NCBI RefSeq assembly: GCF_002854065.1
Contig: NZ_CP024147.1
Direction: 5' to 3' (one strand)
Origin: Escherichia coli
GTDB taxonomy: Bacteria; Pseudomonadota; Gammaproteobacteria; Enterobacterales; Enterobacteriaceae
Length of the DNA: 64,000 bases
The notes below the pieces were generated by a model. That model did not search any database. It was given only the letters and a program-made list of their open reading frames with translations, and was not told the origin of the DNA. Position 1 is the stretch's first letter. Each line of letters begins with the position of its first letter. The position numbers and the translations under genes are program-made. Shown here in pieces: positions 11,762 through 21,947 of the stretch.

Positions 11762-11778
11762 TGGGTAATGACTCCAAC

Positions 11779-12282
11779 TTATTGATAGTGTTTTATGTTC
11801 AGATAATGCCCGATGACTTTGTCATGCAGCTCCACCGATTTTGAGAACGACAGCGACTTCCGTCCCAGCCGTGCCAGGTGCTGCCTCAGATTCAGGTTAT
11901 GCCGCTCAATTCGCTGCGTATATCGCTTGCTGATTACGTGCAGCTTTCCCTTCAGGCGGGATTCATACAGCGGCCAGCCATCCGTCATCCATATCACCAC
12001 GTCAAAGGGTGACAGCAGGCTCATAAGACGCCCCAGCGTCGCCATAGTGCGTTCACCGAATACGTGCGCAACAACCGTCTTCCGGAGCCTGTCATACGCG
12101 TAAAACAGCCAGCGCTGGCGCGATTTAGCCCCGACGTATCCCCACTGTTCGTCCATTTCCGCGCAGACGATGACGTCACTGCCCGGCTGTATGCGCGAGG
12201 TTACCGACTGCGGCCTGAGTTTTTTAAATGGCGGAAAATCGTGTTGAGGCCAACGCCCATAATGCGGGCGGTTGCCCGGCAT
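11779..12282 (-). CDS. insB: IS1 InsB reading frame (transposase made as InsAB' by -1 frameshift)
   Basis: 167-aa ORF ...[54 protein letters not shown]... recognised as InsB; overlaps insA 3' end. Confidence 0.9.
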   Translation of the reverse strand: MPGNRPHYGRWPQHDFPPFKKLRPQSVTSRIQPGSDVIVCAEMDEQWGYVGAKSRQRWLFYAYDRLRKTVVAHVFGERTMATLGRLMSLLSPFDVVIWMTDGWPLYESRLKGKLHVISKRYTQRIERHNLNLRQHLARLGRKSLSFSKSVELHDKVIGHYLNIKHYQ

Positions 12283-12476
12283 CCAACGCCATTCATGGCC
12301 ATATCAATGATTTTCTGGTGCGTACCGGGTTGAGAAGCGGTGTAAGTGAACTGCAGTTGCCATGTTTTACGGCAGTGAGAGCAGAGATAGCGCTGATGTC
12401 CGGCAGTGCTTTTGCCGTTACGCACCACCCCGTCAGTAGCTGAACAGGAGGGACAGCTGATAGAAACAGAAGCCAC
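12201..12476 (-). CDS. insA: IS1 InsA protein
   Basis: 91-aa [46 protein letters not shown]... recognised as InsA. Confidence 0.95.
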   Translation of the reverse strand: MASVSISCPSCSATDGVVRNGKSTAGHQRYLCSHCRKTWQLQFTYTASQPGTHQKIIDMAMNGVGCRATARIMGVGLNTIFRHLKNSGRSR

Positions 12477-12600
12477 TGGAGCACCTCAAAAACACCATCA
12501 TACACTAAATCAGTAAGTTGGCAGCATCACCGACTTTGTAGAGTTTCGGACGAAGGTCCGCAGAATATTCGCAGTATTAAATAAGTGTTCATTAATGCGG

Positions 12601-12642
12601 CAAAAACTAATACACCGCATCAATGTAACATCTCTGCGGTGT
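12601..12642 (-). terminator. Candidate rho-independent terminator downstream of mrp
   Basis: Inverted repeat acaccgca...tgcggtgt; on the minus strand followed by a T-rich run (rc of caaaaactaat). Confidence 0.55.
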
Positions 12643-12672
12643 ATGAAGAATAACCAGAATGGTTAATAGGCG

Positions 12673-13782
12673 TTAGACCGCGCGGAAGGAAATCTCGCCT
12701 GGAATGACTTCACCCTGCCAGTAGAGCTGAGCTGCAACGCGGTCAGCCAGCTGGCGGTAGATAGCGGTAAATTCGCTCTCCGGACGGCTGATAACCGTTG
12801 GCGTGCCTTTATCGAGATCCTCACGTAAGGAGATGTGTAACGGCATCTGCCCCAGCAGCTGTGTGTGGTATTTTTCAGCCAGTTTCTCTGCACCACCGGT
12901 ACCGAAAATCGGTTCATGGTGACCACAGTTACTGCAAATATGCACACTCATGTTCTCGACAATACCAAGCACCGGAACCTCGACTTTCTCGAACATCACA
13001 ATGCCTTTTTTCGCATCGATCAACGCGATGTCCTGCGGGGTGGTGACCACGACTGCACCAGTTACTGGAATGTTTTGCGCCAGCGTCAATTGAATGTCAC
13101 CGGTGCCTGGCGGCATATCAAGCACCAGATAGTCGAGATCCGGCCACAAGGTTTCCTGCAACATCTGCATTAACGCCTTGCTCGCCATCGGTCCACGCCA
13201 CACCATCGCATTGTCGTCAGTGACCAGATAACCAATTGAATTGGTTGCCAGGCCATGAGACATAATCGGTGCCATATGGGTACCGTCCGGCGAAGTTGGA
13301 CGCTGATTTTCTGCGCCCAGCATGGTGGGAATTGATGGGCCGTAGATATCGGCGTCCAGAATGCCGACTTTCGCCCCTTCCGCCGCCAGTGCCAGCGCCA
13401 GGTTTACCGCCGTGGAGGATTTACCCACGCCGCCTTTACCGGAACTGACCGCAATGATGTTCTTCACACCATTAATACCCGGCTGATTCTTCACGCGTTT
13501 TAAGGTGGCGATATTGTGCGACAGTTTCCAGTCGATAGCTTTCGCCCCGGTGATACGCAGCAGTTCGGCGCTACATTGCTCTTTTAACTCTTCAAACGCG
13601 CTATGCCAGACGAATGGCATAACCAGTTCCACATGCAACGTGTCGTCCATCCAGGCGACATGGTGCAACGCTTTCAGCGTGGTGAGGTTATGCTTCAGGG
13701 TTGGGTGCTGAAAATTGGCCAGTGTCCCGGCGACCATTGCGCGCAAGGCTTCTGGTGATTTGGCCTGGGATTGTTCGTTCAT
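12673..13782 (-). CDS. mrp: Fe-S cluster carrier ATPase (Mrp/ApbC/NBP35 family)
   Basis: Translation MNEQSQAKSPEALRAMVAGTLANFQHPTLKHNL... with Walker A GKGGVGKSS; 369 aa after start trimming. Confidence 0.9.
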   Translation of the reverse strand: MNEQSQAKSPEALRAMVAGTLANFQHPTLKHNLTTLKALHHVAWMDDTLHVELVMPFVWHSAFEELKEQCSAELLRITGAKAIDWKLSHNIATLKRVKNQPGINGVKNIIAVSSGKGGVGKSSTAVNLALALAAEGAKVGILDADIYGPSIPTMLGAENQRPTSPDGTHMAPIMSHGLATNSIGYLVTDDNAMVWRGPMASKALMQMLQETLWPDLDYLVLDMPPGTGDIQLTLAQNIPVTGAVVVTTPQDIALIDAKKGIVMFEKVEVPVLGIVENMSVHICSNCGHHEPIFGTGGAEKLAEKYHTQLLGQMPLHISLREDLDKGTPTVISRPESEFTAIYRQLADRVAAQLYWQGEVIPGEISFRAV

Positions 13783-13913
13783 CCCGACTCCTTTTTTGTA
13801 TAGATAAACCATCAGCTGATAGTTTACCTGAAGAATATAGAGAAGTACTTACTTAACATTTTCCCATTTGGTACTATCTAACCCCTTTTCACTATTAAGA
13901 AGTAATGCCTACT

Positions 13914-15947
13914 ATGACTCAAGTCGCGAAGAAAATTCTGGTGACGTGCGCACTGCCGTACGCTAACGGCTCAATCCACCTCGGCCATATGCTGGAGCAC
14001 ATCCAGGCTGATGTCTGGGTCCGTTACCAGCGAATGCGCGGCCACGAGGTCAACTTCATCTGCGCCGACGATGCCCACGGTACACCGATCATGCTGAAAG
14101 CTCAGCAGCTTGGTATCACCCCGGAGCAGATGATTGGCGAAATGAGTCAGGAGCATCAGACTGATTTCGCAGGCTTTAACATCAGCTATGACAACTATCA
14201 CTCGACGCACAGCGAAGAGAACCGCCAGTTGTCAGAACTTATCTACTCTCGCCTGAAAGAGAACGGTTTTATTAAAAACCGCACCATCTCTCAGCTGTAC
14301 GATCCGGAAAAAGGCATGTTCCTGCCGGACCGTTTTGTGAAAGGCACCTGCCCGAAATGTAAATCCCCGGATCAATACGGCGATAACTGCGAAGTCTGCG
14401 GCGCGACCTACAGCCCGACTGAATTGATCGAGCCGAAATCGGTGGTTTCTGGCGCTACGCCGGTAATGCGTGATTCTGAACACTTCTTCTTTGATCTGCC
14501 CTCTTTCAGCGAAATGTTGCAGGCATGGACCCGCAGCGGTGCGTTGCAGGAGCAGGTGGCAAATAAAATGCAGGAGTGGTTTGAATCCGGCCTGCAACAG
14601 TGGGATATCTCCCGCGACGCGCCATACTTTGGTTTTGAAATTCCGAACGCGCCGGGCAAATATTTCTACGTCTGGCTGGACGCACCGATTGGCTACATGG
14701 GTTCTTTCAAGAATCTGTGCGACAAGCGCGGCGACAGCGTAAGCTTCGATGAATACTGGAAGAAAGACTCCACCGCCGAGCTGTACCACTTCATCGGTAA
14801 AGATATTGTTTACTTCCACAGCCTGTTCTGGCCTGCCATGCTGGAAGGCAGCAACTTCCGCAAGCCGACCAACCTGTTTGTTCATGGCTATGTGACGGTG
14901 AACGGCGCAAAGATGTCCAAGTCTCGCGGCACCTTTATTAAAGCCAGCACCTGGCTGAATCATTTTGACGCTGACAGCCTGCGTTACTACTACACTGCGA
15001 AACTCTCTTCGCGCATTGATGATATCGATCTCAACCTGGAGGATTTCGTTCAGCGTGTGAATGCCGATATCGTGAACAAAGTGGTTAACCTGGCCTCTCG
15101 TAATGCGGGCTTTATCAACAAGCGTTTTGACGGCGTGCTGGCAAGCGAACTGGCTGACCCGCAGTTGTACAAAACCTTCACTGATGCCGCTGAAGTGATT
15201 GGTGAAGCGTGGGAAAGCCGCGAATTTGGTAAAGCAGTGCGCGAAATCATGGCGCTGGCTGATCTGGCTAACCGCTATGTCGACGAGCAGGCTCCGTGGG
15301 TGGTGGCAAAACAGGAAGGCCGCGATGCCGACCTGCAGGCAATTTGCTCAATGGGCATAAACCTGTTCCGCGTGCTGATGACTTACCTGAAGCCGGTACT
15401 GCCGAAACTGACCGAGCGCGCAGAAGCATTCCTCAATACAGAACTGACCTGGGATGGTATCCAGCAACCGCTGCTGGGCCACAAAGTGAATCCGTTCAAA
15501 GCGCTGTATAACCGCATCGATATGAAGCAGGTTGAAGCACTGGTGGAAGCATCTAAAGAAGAAGTGAAAGCAGCTGCCGCGCCAGTTACTGGCCCACTGG
15601 CAGATGATCCGATTCAGGAAACCATCACCTTTGACGACTTCGCAAAAGTTGACCTGCGCGTGGCGCTGATCGAAAACGCAGAGTTTGTTGAAGGTTCTGA
15701 CAAACTGCTGCGCCTGACACTGGATCTCGGCGGTGAAAAACGCAATGTCTTCTCCGGTATTCGTTCTGCCTACCCGGATCCGCAGGCACTGATCGGGCGT
15801 CACACCATTATGGTGGCCAACCTGGCGCCACGTAAAATGCGCTTTGGTATCTCCGAAGGCATGGTAATGGCTGCTGGTCCTGGCGGGAAAGATATCTTCC
15901 TGTTAAGCCCGGATGCTGGTGCTAAACCAGGCCATCAGGTGAAATAA
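13914..15947 (+). CDS. metG: Methionyl-tRNA synthetase
   Basis: Translation [38 protein letters not shown]... with HIGH and KMSKS motifs; 677 aa after start trimming. Confidence 0.95.
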   Translation: MTQVAKKILVTCALPYANGSIHLGHMLEHIQADVWVRYQRMRGHEVNFICADDAHGTPIMLKAQQLGITPEQMIGEMSQEHQTDFAGFNISYDNYHSTHSEENRQLSELIYSRLKENGFIKNRTISQLYDPEKGMFLPDRFVKGTCPKCKSPDQYGDNCEVCGATYSPTELIEPKSVVSGATPVMRDSEHFFFDLPSFSEMLQAWTRSGALQEQVANKMQEWFESGLQQWDISRDAPYFGFEIPNAPGKYFYVWLDAPIGYMGSFKNLCDKRGDSVSFDEYWKKDSTAELYHFIGKDIVYFHSLFWPAMLEGSNFRKPTNLFVHGYVTVNGAKMSKSRGTFIKASTWLNHFDADSLRYYYTAKLSSRIDDIDLNLEDFVQRVNADIVNKVVNLASRNAGFINKRFDGVLASELADPQLYKTFTDAAEVIGEAWESREFGKAVREIMALADLANRYVDEQAPWVVAKQEGRDADLQAICSMGINLFRVLMTYLKPVLPKLTERAEAFLNTELTWDGIQQPLLGHKVNPFKALYNRIDMKQVEALVEASKEEVKAAAAPVTGPLADDPIQETITFDDFAKVDLRVALIENAEFVEGSDKLLRLTLDLGGEKRNVFSGIRSAYPDPQALIGRHTIMVANLAPRKMRFGISEGMVMAAGPGGKDIFLLSPDAGAKPGHQVK

Positions 15948-15956
15948 TCCCCCTTC

Positions 15957-15986
15957 AAGGCGCTGCATCGACAGCGCCTTTTCTTT
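15957..15986 (+). terminator. Rho-independent terminator downstream of metG
   Basis: aaggcgctgcatcgacagcgcctt hairpin followed by ttctttat. Confidence 0.65.
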
Positions 15987-16034
15987 ATAAATTCCTAAAG
16001 TTGTTTTCTTGCGATTTTGGGTAATGACTCCAAC

Positions 16035-16538
16035 TTATTGATAGTGTTTTATGTTCAGATAATGCCCGATGACTTTGTCATGCAGCTCCACCGATTTTGA
16101 GAACGACAGCGACTTCCGTCCCAGCCGTGCCAGGTGCTGCCTCAGATTCAGGTTATGCCGCTCAATTCGCTGCGTATATCGCTTGCTGATTACGTGCAGC
16201 TTTCCCTTCAGGCGGGATTCATACAGCGGCCAGCCATCCGTCATCCATATCACCACGTCAAAGGGTGACAGCAGGCTCATAAGACGCCCCAGCGTCGCCA
16301 TAGTGCGTTCACCGAATACGTGCGCAACAACCGTCTTCCGGAGACTGTCATACGCGTAAAACAGCCAGCGCTGGCGCGATTTAGCCCCGACGTATCCCCA
16401 CTGTTCGTCCATTTCCGCGCAGACGATGACGTCACTGCCCGGCTGTATGCGCGAGGTTACCGACTGCGGCCTGAGTTTTTTAAATGGCGGAAAATCGTGT
16501 TGAGGCCAACGCCCATAATGCGGGCGGTTGCCCGGCAT
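16035..16538 (-). CDS. insB: IS1 InsB reading frame (copy 2)
   Basis: 167-aa ORF identical to copy 1 except one residue (YDSLRK vs YDRLRK). Confidence 0.9.
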   Translation of the reverse strand: MPGNRPHYGRWPQHDFPPFKKLRPQSVTSRIQPGSDVIVCAEMDEQWGYVGAKSRQRWLFYAYDSLRKTVVAHVFGERTMATLGRLMSLLSPFDVVIWMTDGWPLYESRLKGKLHVISKRYTQRIERHNLNLRQHLARLGRKSLSFSKSVELHDKVIGHYLNIKHYQ

Positions 16539-16732
16539 CCAACGCCATTCATGGCCATATCAATGATTTTCTGGTGCGTACCGGGTTGAGAAGCGGTGTA
16601 AGTGAACTGCAGTTGCCATGTTTTACGGCAGTGAGAGCAGAGATAGCGCTGATGTCCGGCAGTGCTTTTGCCGTTACGCACCACCCCGTCAGTAGCTGAA
16701 CAGGAGGGACAGCTGATAGAAACAGAAGCCAC
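16457..16732 (-). CDS. insA: IS1 InsA protein (copy 2)
   Basis: 91-aa ORF identical in translation to copy 1 InsA. Confidence 0.95.
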   Translation of the reverse strand: MASVSISCPSCSATDGVVRNGKSTAGHQRYLCSHCRKTWQLQFTYTASQPGTHQKIIDMAMNGVGCRATARIMGVGLNTIFRHLKNSGRSR

Positions 16733-16787
16733 TGGAGCACCTCAAAAACACCATCATACACTAAATCAGTAAGTTGGCAGCATCACC

Positions 16788-17282
16788 CTGCTGACGTTAT
16801 CCCTTCCGGCATCTGCCTGTTCTCCTTTTGCCGTTGAACGCATGGCGGCGCTTTTGCAACAAACAGACGACCCCGTGAGTCTGGTTTCTGGCTTTGTCAG
16901 CTTTGTAGAGGGGCAATTGACACTGGAACCACGGGTGATGATGACAAAAACCCGTGCCTGGGCGCTGGACGCGGAAACTGCGCCTGTGGCACCGCTACCT
17001 TCTGCCAGCGTTTTGCCTGTGCCGTCTACCGCTCATCAGTTGCTGATGCGCTGCCAGGCGTTACTTATTCAACTGCTCCATAACGGCTGGCGCTATCAGG
17101 AACAGAGCGCTATTAGTCAGGCAGAGTTGCTGGCGAATGACCTCACCGCGGTGGGTTTTTATCGGCTGGCACATGTGTTGGCACAATTTCGTAATACAGA
17201 AAGCGAGGCACGGGTAGAAGCAATGAATAACGGTGTTTTGCTTTGCGAACAATTATTCCCCATGCTTCAGCAACAAGGATGA
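16788..17282 (+). pseudogene. yehQ: 3' fragment of the gene upstream of yehR (yehQ position), truncated at its 5' side by IS1
   Basis: Plus-strand frame is open from the first base after the IS1 end (16788) through ORF 16842..17282; no start context or promoter; identity inferred from position. Confidence 0.45.
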
Positions 17283-17406
17283 AATAGTGCTTTTTACTAA
17301 GAGTTCTACTCCAGTTCCGGACTGCTCACACCACGGTATTAGGCATATCCTATATAGCCCCTGGTGAGAGTCACCAGTTTCTTGATTAAATAAAATGGAG
17401 TTTTAC

Positions 17407-17868
17407 ATGAAGGCTTTCAATAAGCTGTTTTCCCTCGTTGTTGCATCTGTTCTGGTTTTCTCTCTTGCTGGCTGCGGTGACAAAGAAGAATCGAAGAAAT
17501 TCAGCGCCAATCTGAACGGCACTGAAATTGCCATTACCTATGTCTACAAAGGTGACAAAGTGCTTAAGCAATCTTCTGAAACCAAAATTCAATTTGCCTC
17601 CATTGGTGCAACCACCAAAGAAGATGCTGCCAAGACACTTGAGCCGTTAAGCGCCAAATACAAAAACATCGCGGGTGTTGAAGAAAAATTAACCTATACC
17701 GATACCTACGCGCAGGAAAACGTGACTATCGATATGGAAAAAGTGGATTTTAAAGCCCTGCAGGGTATTTCAGGAATCAACGTTTCTGCTGAAGATGCCA
17801 AAAAAGGTATCACTATGGCGCAAATGGAACTGGTGATGAAAGCCGCTGGTTTTAAAGAAGTGAAATAA
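17407..17868 (+). CDS. yehR: Lipoprotein of unknown function (DUF1307 family)
   Basis: Translation MKAFNKLFSLVVASVLVFSLAGCGDKEE... with lipobox LAGC; 153 aa after start trimming. Confidence 0.85.
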   Translation: MKAFNKLFSLVVASVLVFSLAGCGDKEESKKFSANLNGTEIAITYVYKGDKVLKQSSETKIQFASIGATTKEDAAKTLEPLSAKYKNIAGVEEKLTYTDTYAQENVTIDMEKVDFKALQGISGINVSAEDAKKGITMAQMELVMKAAGFKEVK

Positions 17869-17908
17869 TCTGTCGGCGGCCATGTTTCGCATGGCCGCCA
17901 TACCCGTC

Positions 17909-18379
17909 TTAGCTTTTCTTCACATGCTGGCGCGCTGCCAGTCCACGCAGAAAATAACGTAAAAATTGATCGCCGCATTCGCGGAAGTTTTTATGATCCG
18001 GTGCGCGCATCATCGCTGTAATTTCCGGCATCGAAACGCGGAACTGCTGTTCGGTGAGGATAGCCAGAATGTCATCGGTTTTCAGCGAAAACGCGATGCG
18101 TAATTTTTTCAGCACGATGTTGTTATTAATGCGACGTTCCGGCTCCAGTGCCGGAGCAGACTCATCCTTGCCGCGTTTTTCATAAATCAGGCCATTGAGG
18201 AATGACGACAAAACAATGTCCGGACAACGCTGAAAACCCTCTTCGTCTTCTTTACGTAGCCAGACGGCGATCTGTTCCGCGGTGGCTTCGACATTACCCA
18301 GCGCCAGAATACGCACCAGGTCATTATTATTGGCTTTCAAAATGTAGCGCACGCTACGCAGAATATCGTTACTTAGCAT
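17909..18379 (-). CDS. yehS: DUF1456-family protein
   Basis: Translation MLSNDILRSVRYILKANNNDLVRILALGNVEATAEQIAVWLRKEDEEG...; 156 aa after start trimming. Confidence 0.8.
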   Translation of the reverse strand: MLSNDILRSVRYILKANNNDLVRILALGNVEATAEQIAVWLRKEDEEGFQRCPDIVLSSFLNGLIYEKRGKDESAPALEPERRINNNIVLKKLRIAFSLKTDDILAILTEQQFRVSMPEITAMMRAPDHKNFRECGDQFLRYFLRGLAARQHVKKS

Positions 18380-18425
18380 GAGGCCTTCAGGTGTTGATGA
18401 GGCAAAAAGCCATTTTAGCAGTCTT

Positions 18426-19145
18426 TTACAGGCCAATCGCCTCTTTTAAGCTTTTCAGATAACGGCGGCTGACCGGCACGGTTAAGCCATTACGCAAAAT
18501 CAACTCGGCCTGGCCGTTATCTTCCAGACGAATCTCCTGTAAATGCGCGAGGTTAACCAGATACTGACGATGGCAGCGCAGTAGTGGTGTACGACTTTCC
18601 AGGGTACGTAATGTCAATTCGGTAAAGCCCTCTTTCCCTTCGTGGCTGGTAACGTAGACACCGCTCATTCGACTGCTGACAAATGCCACATCTTTCATTT
18701 GCAGCAAATAAATCCGACTATGCCCCGTACAAGGGATAAATTTCAGCGCCTGTTGATTTTCCGGTAACAGCGAAACATCCTGCTTGCTGCGCTCCTGACG
18801 CAATCGCGCCAGCGTTTTCTCCAGCCGCGCTTCATCAATTGGCTTCAGCAGATAATCAAAGGCATGTTCTTCAAAGGCTTTAATAGCGTATTCGTCAAAC
18901 GCAGTGAGAAAAACAATATACGGCCGATGTTCCGGGTCAAGCATCCCCACCATTTCCAGACCACTGATGCGCGGCATCTGGATATCGAGAAACAGCACAT
19001 CCGGGCGCAGTTTATGCACCGCGCCGATCCCTTCCACGGCGTTTGAACACTCTCCAACGATTTCAATATCGCTCTGCTCCTGCAAAAATACACGCAGGTT
19101 CTCCCGTGCTAACGGTTCATCATCGACAATTAAGACTTTAATCAT
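18426..19145 (-). CDS. btsR: LytTR-family two-component response regulator
   Basis: Translation [23 protein letters not shown]... with receiver domain and LytTR DNA-binding domain; 239 aa. Confidence 0.9.
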
Positions 19146-20827
19146 GCCTCGTCCCTCCATGGTAGTCGTAACGTTATTCGGGTGTAACTATCAGGCTCAC
19201 AGGCGACGCTTGTTCCATAGTCATCGCCAAACCGTTCACGTAAACGCTTATCCACCAGATTCATCCCCAGCCCACTGGCATTGGTTACCGGTTGATACAA
19301 ACCGGCATTGTCTTCGATCTCCAGCATCAAATGTTGCCCCTCACGTCGGGCGCTGATTGCCACTCGCCCTGTATCCAGCAGTTGTGATGTCCCATGTTTA
19401 ATGGCGTTTTCCACTATCGGTTGCAGGGTAAACGCGGGCAATTGCTGCTGGGATAATTCTTGCGGAATAGCAATGTTGACCTGCAACCGCGACTGGAAGC
19501 GCGCCTTTTCAATTTGCAGATAAGCGTTCACATGTTCAATTTCGTCGGCGAGAGTAACAAACTCCGAAGGCCGCTTTAAGTTTTTGCGGAAAAAAGTGGA
19601 AAGATACTGCACCAGCTGGCTGGCCTGTTCGCTGTCGCGGCGGATCACCGCTTTAATGGTGTTAAGCGCATTAAACAAAAAATGAGGATTCACCTGGGCG
19701 TGAAGCAGTTTGATTTCTGACTGGGTGAGCATCGCTTTTTGCCGCTCATATTGCCCGGCAAGAATCTGCGCCGAAAGCAGTTGCGCAATCCCCTCGCCCA
19801 GCGTGCGGTTTATTGAACTGAATAAACGGTTTTTGGCTTCATACAATTTGATGGTGCCCATCACCCGCTGATTTTCACCACGCAACGGAATTACCAGCGT
19901 CGACCCCAGTTTGCATTGCGGATGCAAAGAGCAACGATAAGGTACTTCGTTGCCATCAGCGTAGACCACTTCACCGGTTTCAATCGCTTTTAAGGTGTAA
20001 GTCGAAGAAATCGGTTTGCCGGGTAAATGGTGGTCGTCACCAATTCCAGTAAAGGCCAGCAATTTCTCTCGATCGGTAATCGCGACTGCACCAATATCCA
20101 GCTCCTGATACAGCACCTGTGCCACTTTCATGCTGTTCACTTCGTTAAACCCCTGGCGCAAAATGCCTTCCGTCGAGGCTGCCACTTTCAGCGCAGTGGC
20201 AGAAAAAGCCGAAGTGTATTTTTCAAACATCGCGCGTTTATCGAGCAATATACGCATAAACAGCGCCGCGCCGACGGTATTGGTGACCATCATTGGCGCA
20301 GCAATATTACTCACCAGACGCACCGCATCTTCATAAGGTCGGGCGATCGCCAGGATGATCAACATTTGCACCATTTCAGCGACGAACGTGACGGCACCGG
20401 CGGTAATGGGGTTAAAGACTTTATCAGTGCGCCCGCGACGGATCAGGATGCTGTGTACCAGGCCGCCGAGCAATCCTTCAACGATGGTCGAGATCATGCA
20501 ACTTAGCGCGGTCATGCCCCCCATCGAATATCGATGTAACCCGCCGGTCAGGCCAACCAGCCCACCGACGACCGGACCGCCGAGTAAGCCGCCCATTACC
20601 GCGCCTATCGCACGGGTATTGGCAATAGAATCGTCAATGTGCAACCCAAACCAGGTGCCCATGATGCAGAAGATGGAAAAGACGATGTAGCAGAGAAATT
20701 TATGCGGCAGACGAACCGTGACCTGCATTAACGGTATGAATAATGGCGTTTTACTCATTAACCACGCAATGACTAAAAAAACGCACATCTGCTGAAGCAG
20801 CAGCAACACCAGATTAAAATCGTACAT
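19142..20827 (-). CDS. btsS: LytS-family sensor histidine kinase (pyruvate-sensing BtsS/YehU)
   Basis: Translation [30 protein letters not shown]... with 5TM-LytS N-terminus, GAF and His-kinase domains; 561 aa; 4-nt overlap with btsR. Confidence 0.9.
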
Positions 20828-21048
20828 ACCCGCAAACCACACTTCCCTTTAAAACGCGTAACATACATTGCCTGCGTTTAACTTTCTTTGAACTCTTGCA
20901 GAAAAATGAGAATTCGTGAGTACGATCACTCAAAATCGCCTGGCAAAAATAAAATCACCCTATAAATGCACAAAAAACGGGCAAAACTACCTGGTTCGCA
21001 AAACTGCGTCTAAAGTTAAACCGGGACCTCGCGAGCAAGGGTGAGACG

Positions 21049-21780
21049 ATGGCGCTTTACACAATTGGTGAAGTGGCGTTGCTTTGTGATATTAACCCTG
21101 TCACGTTACGCGCGTGGCAGAGGCGTTACGGATTGCTGAAACCGCAACGGACAGACGGCGGTCATCGGCTGTTCAACGATGCCGATATTGACCGGATCCG
21201 CGAGATCAAACGCTGGATCGACAACGGCGTGCAGGTCAGCAAAGTTAAAATGCTGCTCAGTAATGAAAATGTTGATGTGCAGAACGGCTGGCGCGATCAG
21301 CAAGAAACATTACTGACCTACCTGCAAAGCGGCAATCTGCATAGCCTGCGAACGTGGATCAAAGAGCGCGGTCAGGATTACCCCGCCCAGACACTCACCA
21401 CACATCTGTTTATTCCTCTGCGCCGACGGCTTCAGTGCCAACAACCGACTCTCCAGGCGCTGCTGGCGATCCTCGACGGCGTACTGATCAACTACATCGC
21501 CATTTGTCTGGCTTCGGCACGTAAAAAACAGGGTAAAGATGCGCTGGTGGTTGGCTGGAATATTCAGGATACCACCCGTCTGTGGCTGGAGGGCTGGATT
21601 GCCAGTCAACAAGGATGGCGCATTGATGTCCTCGCCCACTCGCTCAATCAACTACGCCCTGAACTGTTCGAAGGCCGTACATTGCTGGTGTGGTGCGGTG
21701 AAAATCGAACCTCCGCCCAACAGCAGCAACTCACCAGTTGGCAGGAACAAGTCCATGATATTTTCCCACTCGGCATTTAA
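21049..21780 (+). CDS. mlrA: MerR-family transcriptional regulator of csgD
   Basis: 243-aa ORF MALYTIGEVALLCDINPVTLRAWQRRYGLLKPQRTDGGHRLFNDADIDRIREIKRWIDNG... with MerR HTH. Confidence 0.9.
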   Translation: MALYTIGEVALLCDINPVTLRAWQRRYGLLKPQRTDGGHRLFNDADIDRIREIKRWIDNGVQVSKVKMLLSNENVDVQNGWRDQQETLLTYLQSGNLHSLRTWIKERGQDYPAQTLTTHLFIPLRRRLQCQQPTLQALLAILDGVLINYIAICLASARKKQGKDALVVGWNIQDTTRLWLEGWIASQQGWRIDVLAHSLNQLRPELFEGRTLLVWCGENRTSAQQQQLTSWQEQVHDIFPLGI

Positions 21781-21839
21781 TGATTCGTTAACAAATGCGC
21801 TTTACTGTACAATCCTTTCGTTAACATAAGGAGTGCATT

Positions 21840-21947
21840 ATGCGCATAGCTAAAATTGGGGTCATCGCCCTGTTCCTGTTTATGGCGTTAGGCGGAATTG
21901 GTGGCGTCATGCTCGCAGGTTATACCTTTATTTTGCGTGCTGGCTAA
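21840..21947 (+). CDS. yohO: Small membrane protein (35 aa)
   Basis: ATG at 21840 preceded by aaggag; translation [35 protein letters not shown] recognised as the small protein YohO; 3' end overlaps the convergent yehW stop. Confidence 0.75.

Larger units (their letters stand above)
11764..12531 (-). mobile_element. IS1 insertion sequence, copy 1 (768 bp)
   Basis: Terminal inverted repeats ggtaatgactccaacttattgat (11764-) and atcagtaagttggcagcatcacc (-12531); encodes InsA and InsB; no flanking 8-9 bp direct repeat. Confidence 0.95.
16020..16787 (-). mobile_element. IS1 insertion sequence, copy 2 (768 bp), same orientation as copy 1
   Basis: Same terminal inverted repeats as copy 1; differs from copy 1 by one substitution (copy 1 pos 12088 c vs copy 2 pos 16344 a) judging from the ORF translations; no flanking direct repeat. 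Confidence 0.95.

Noticed and set aside
11755-12540. Target-site duplications flanking either IS1 copy
   Set aside because: Compared the 9 bp on each side of both copies and across copies. None match; only a coincidental shared 'tttg' immediately 5' of both right inverted repeats.
11764-16787. IS1-mrp-metG-IS1 as a horizontally acquired composite transposon carrying cargo
   Set aside because: The cargo is core housekeeping DNA in the orientation and neighbourhood recalled for the E. coli chromosome, and both IS copies lack target-site duplications. The structure is better explained by two IS1-mediated deletions than by transposition of foreign cargo.
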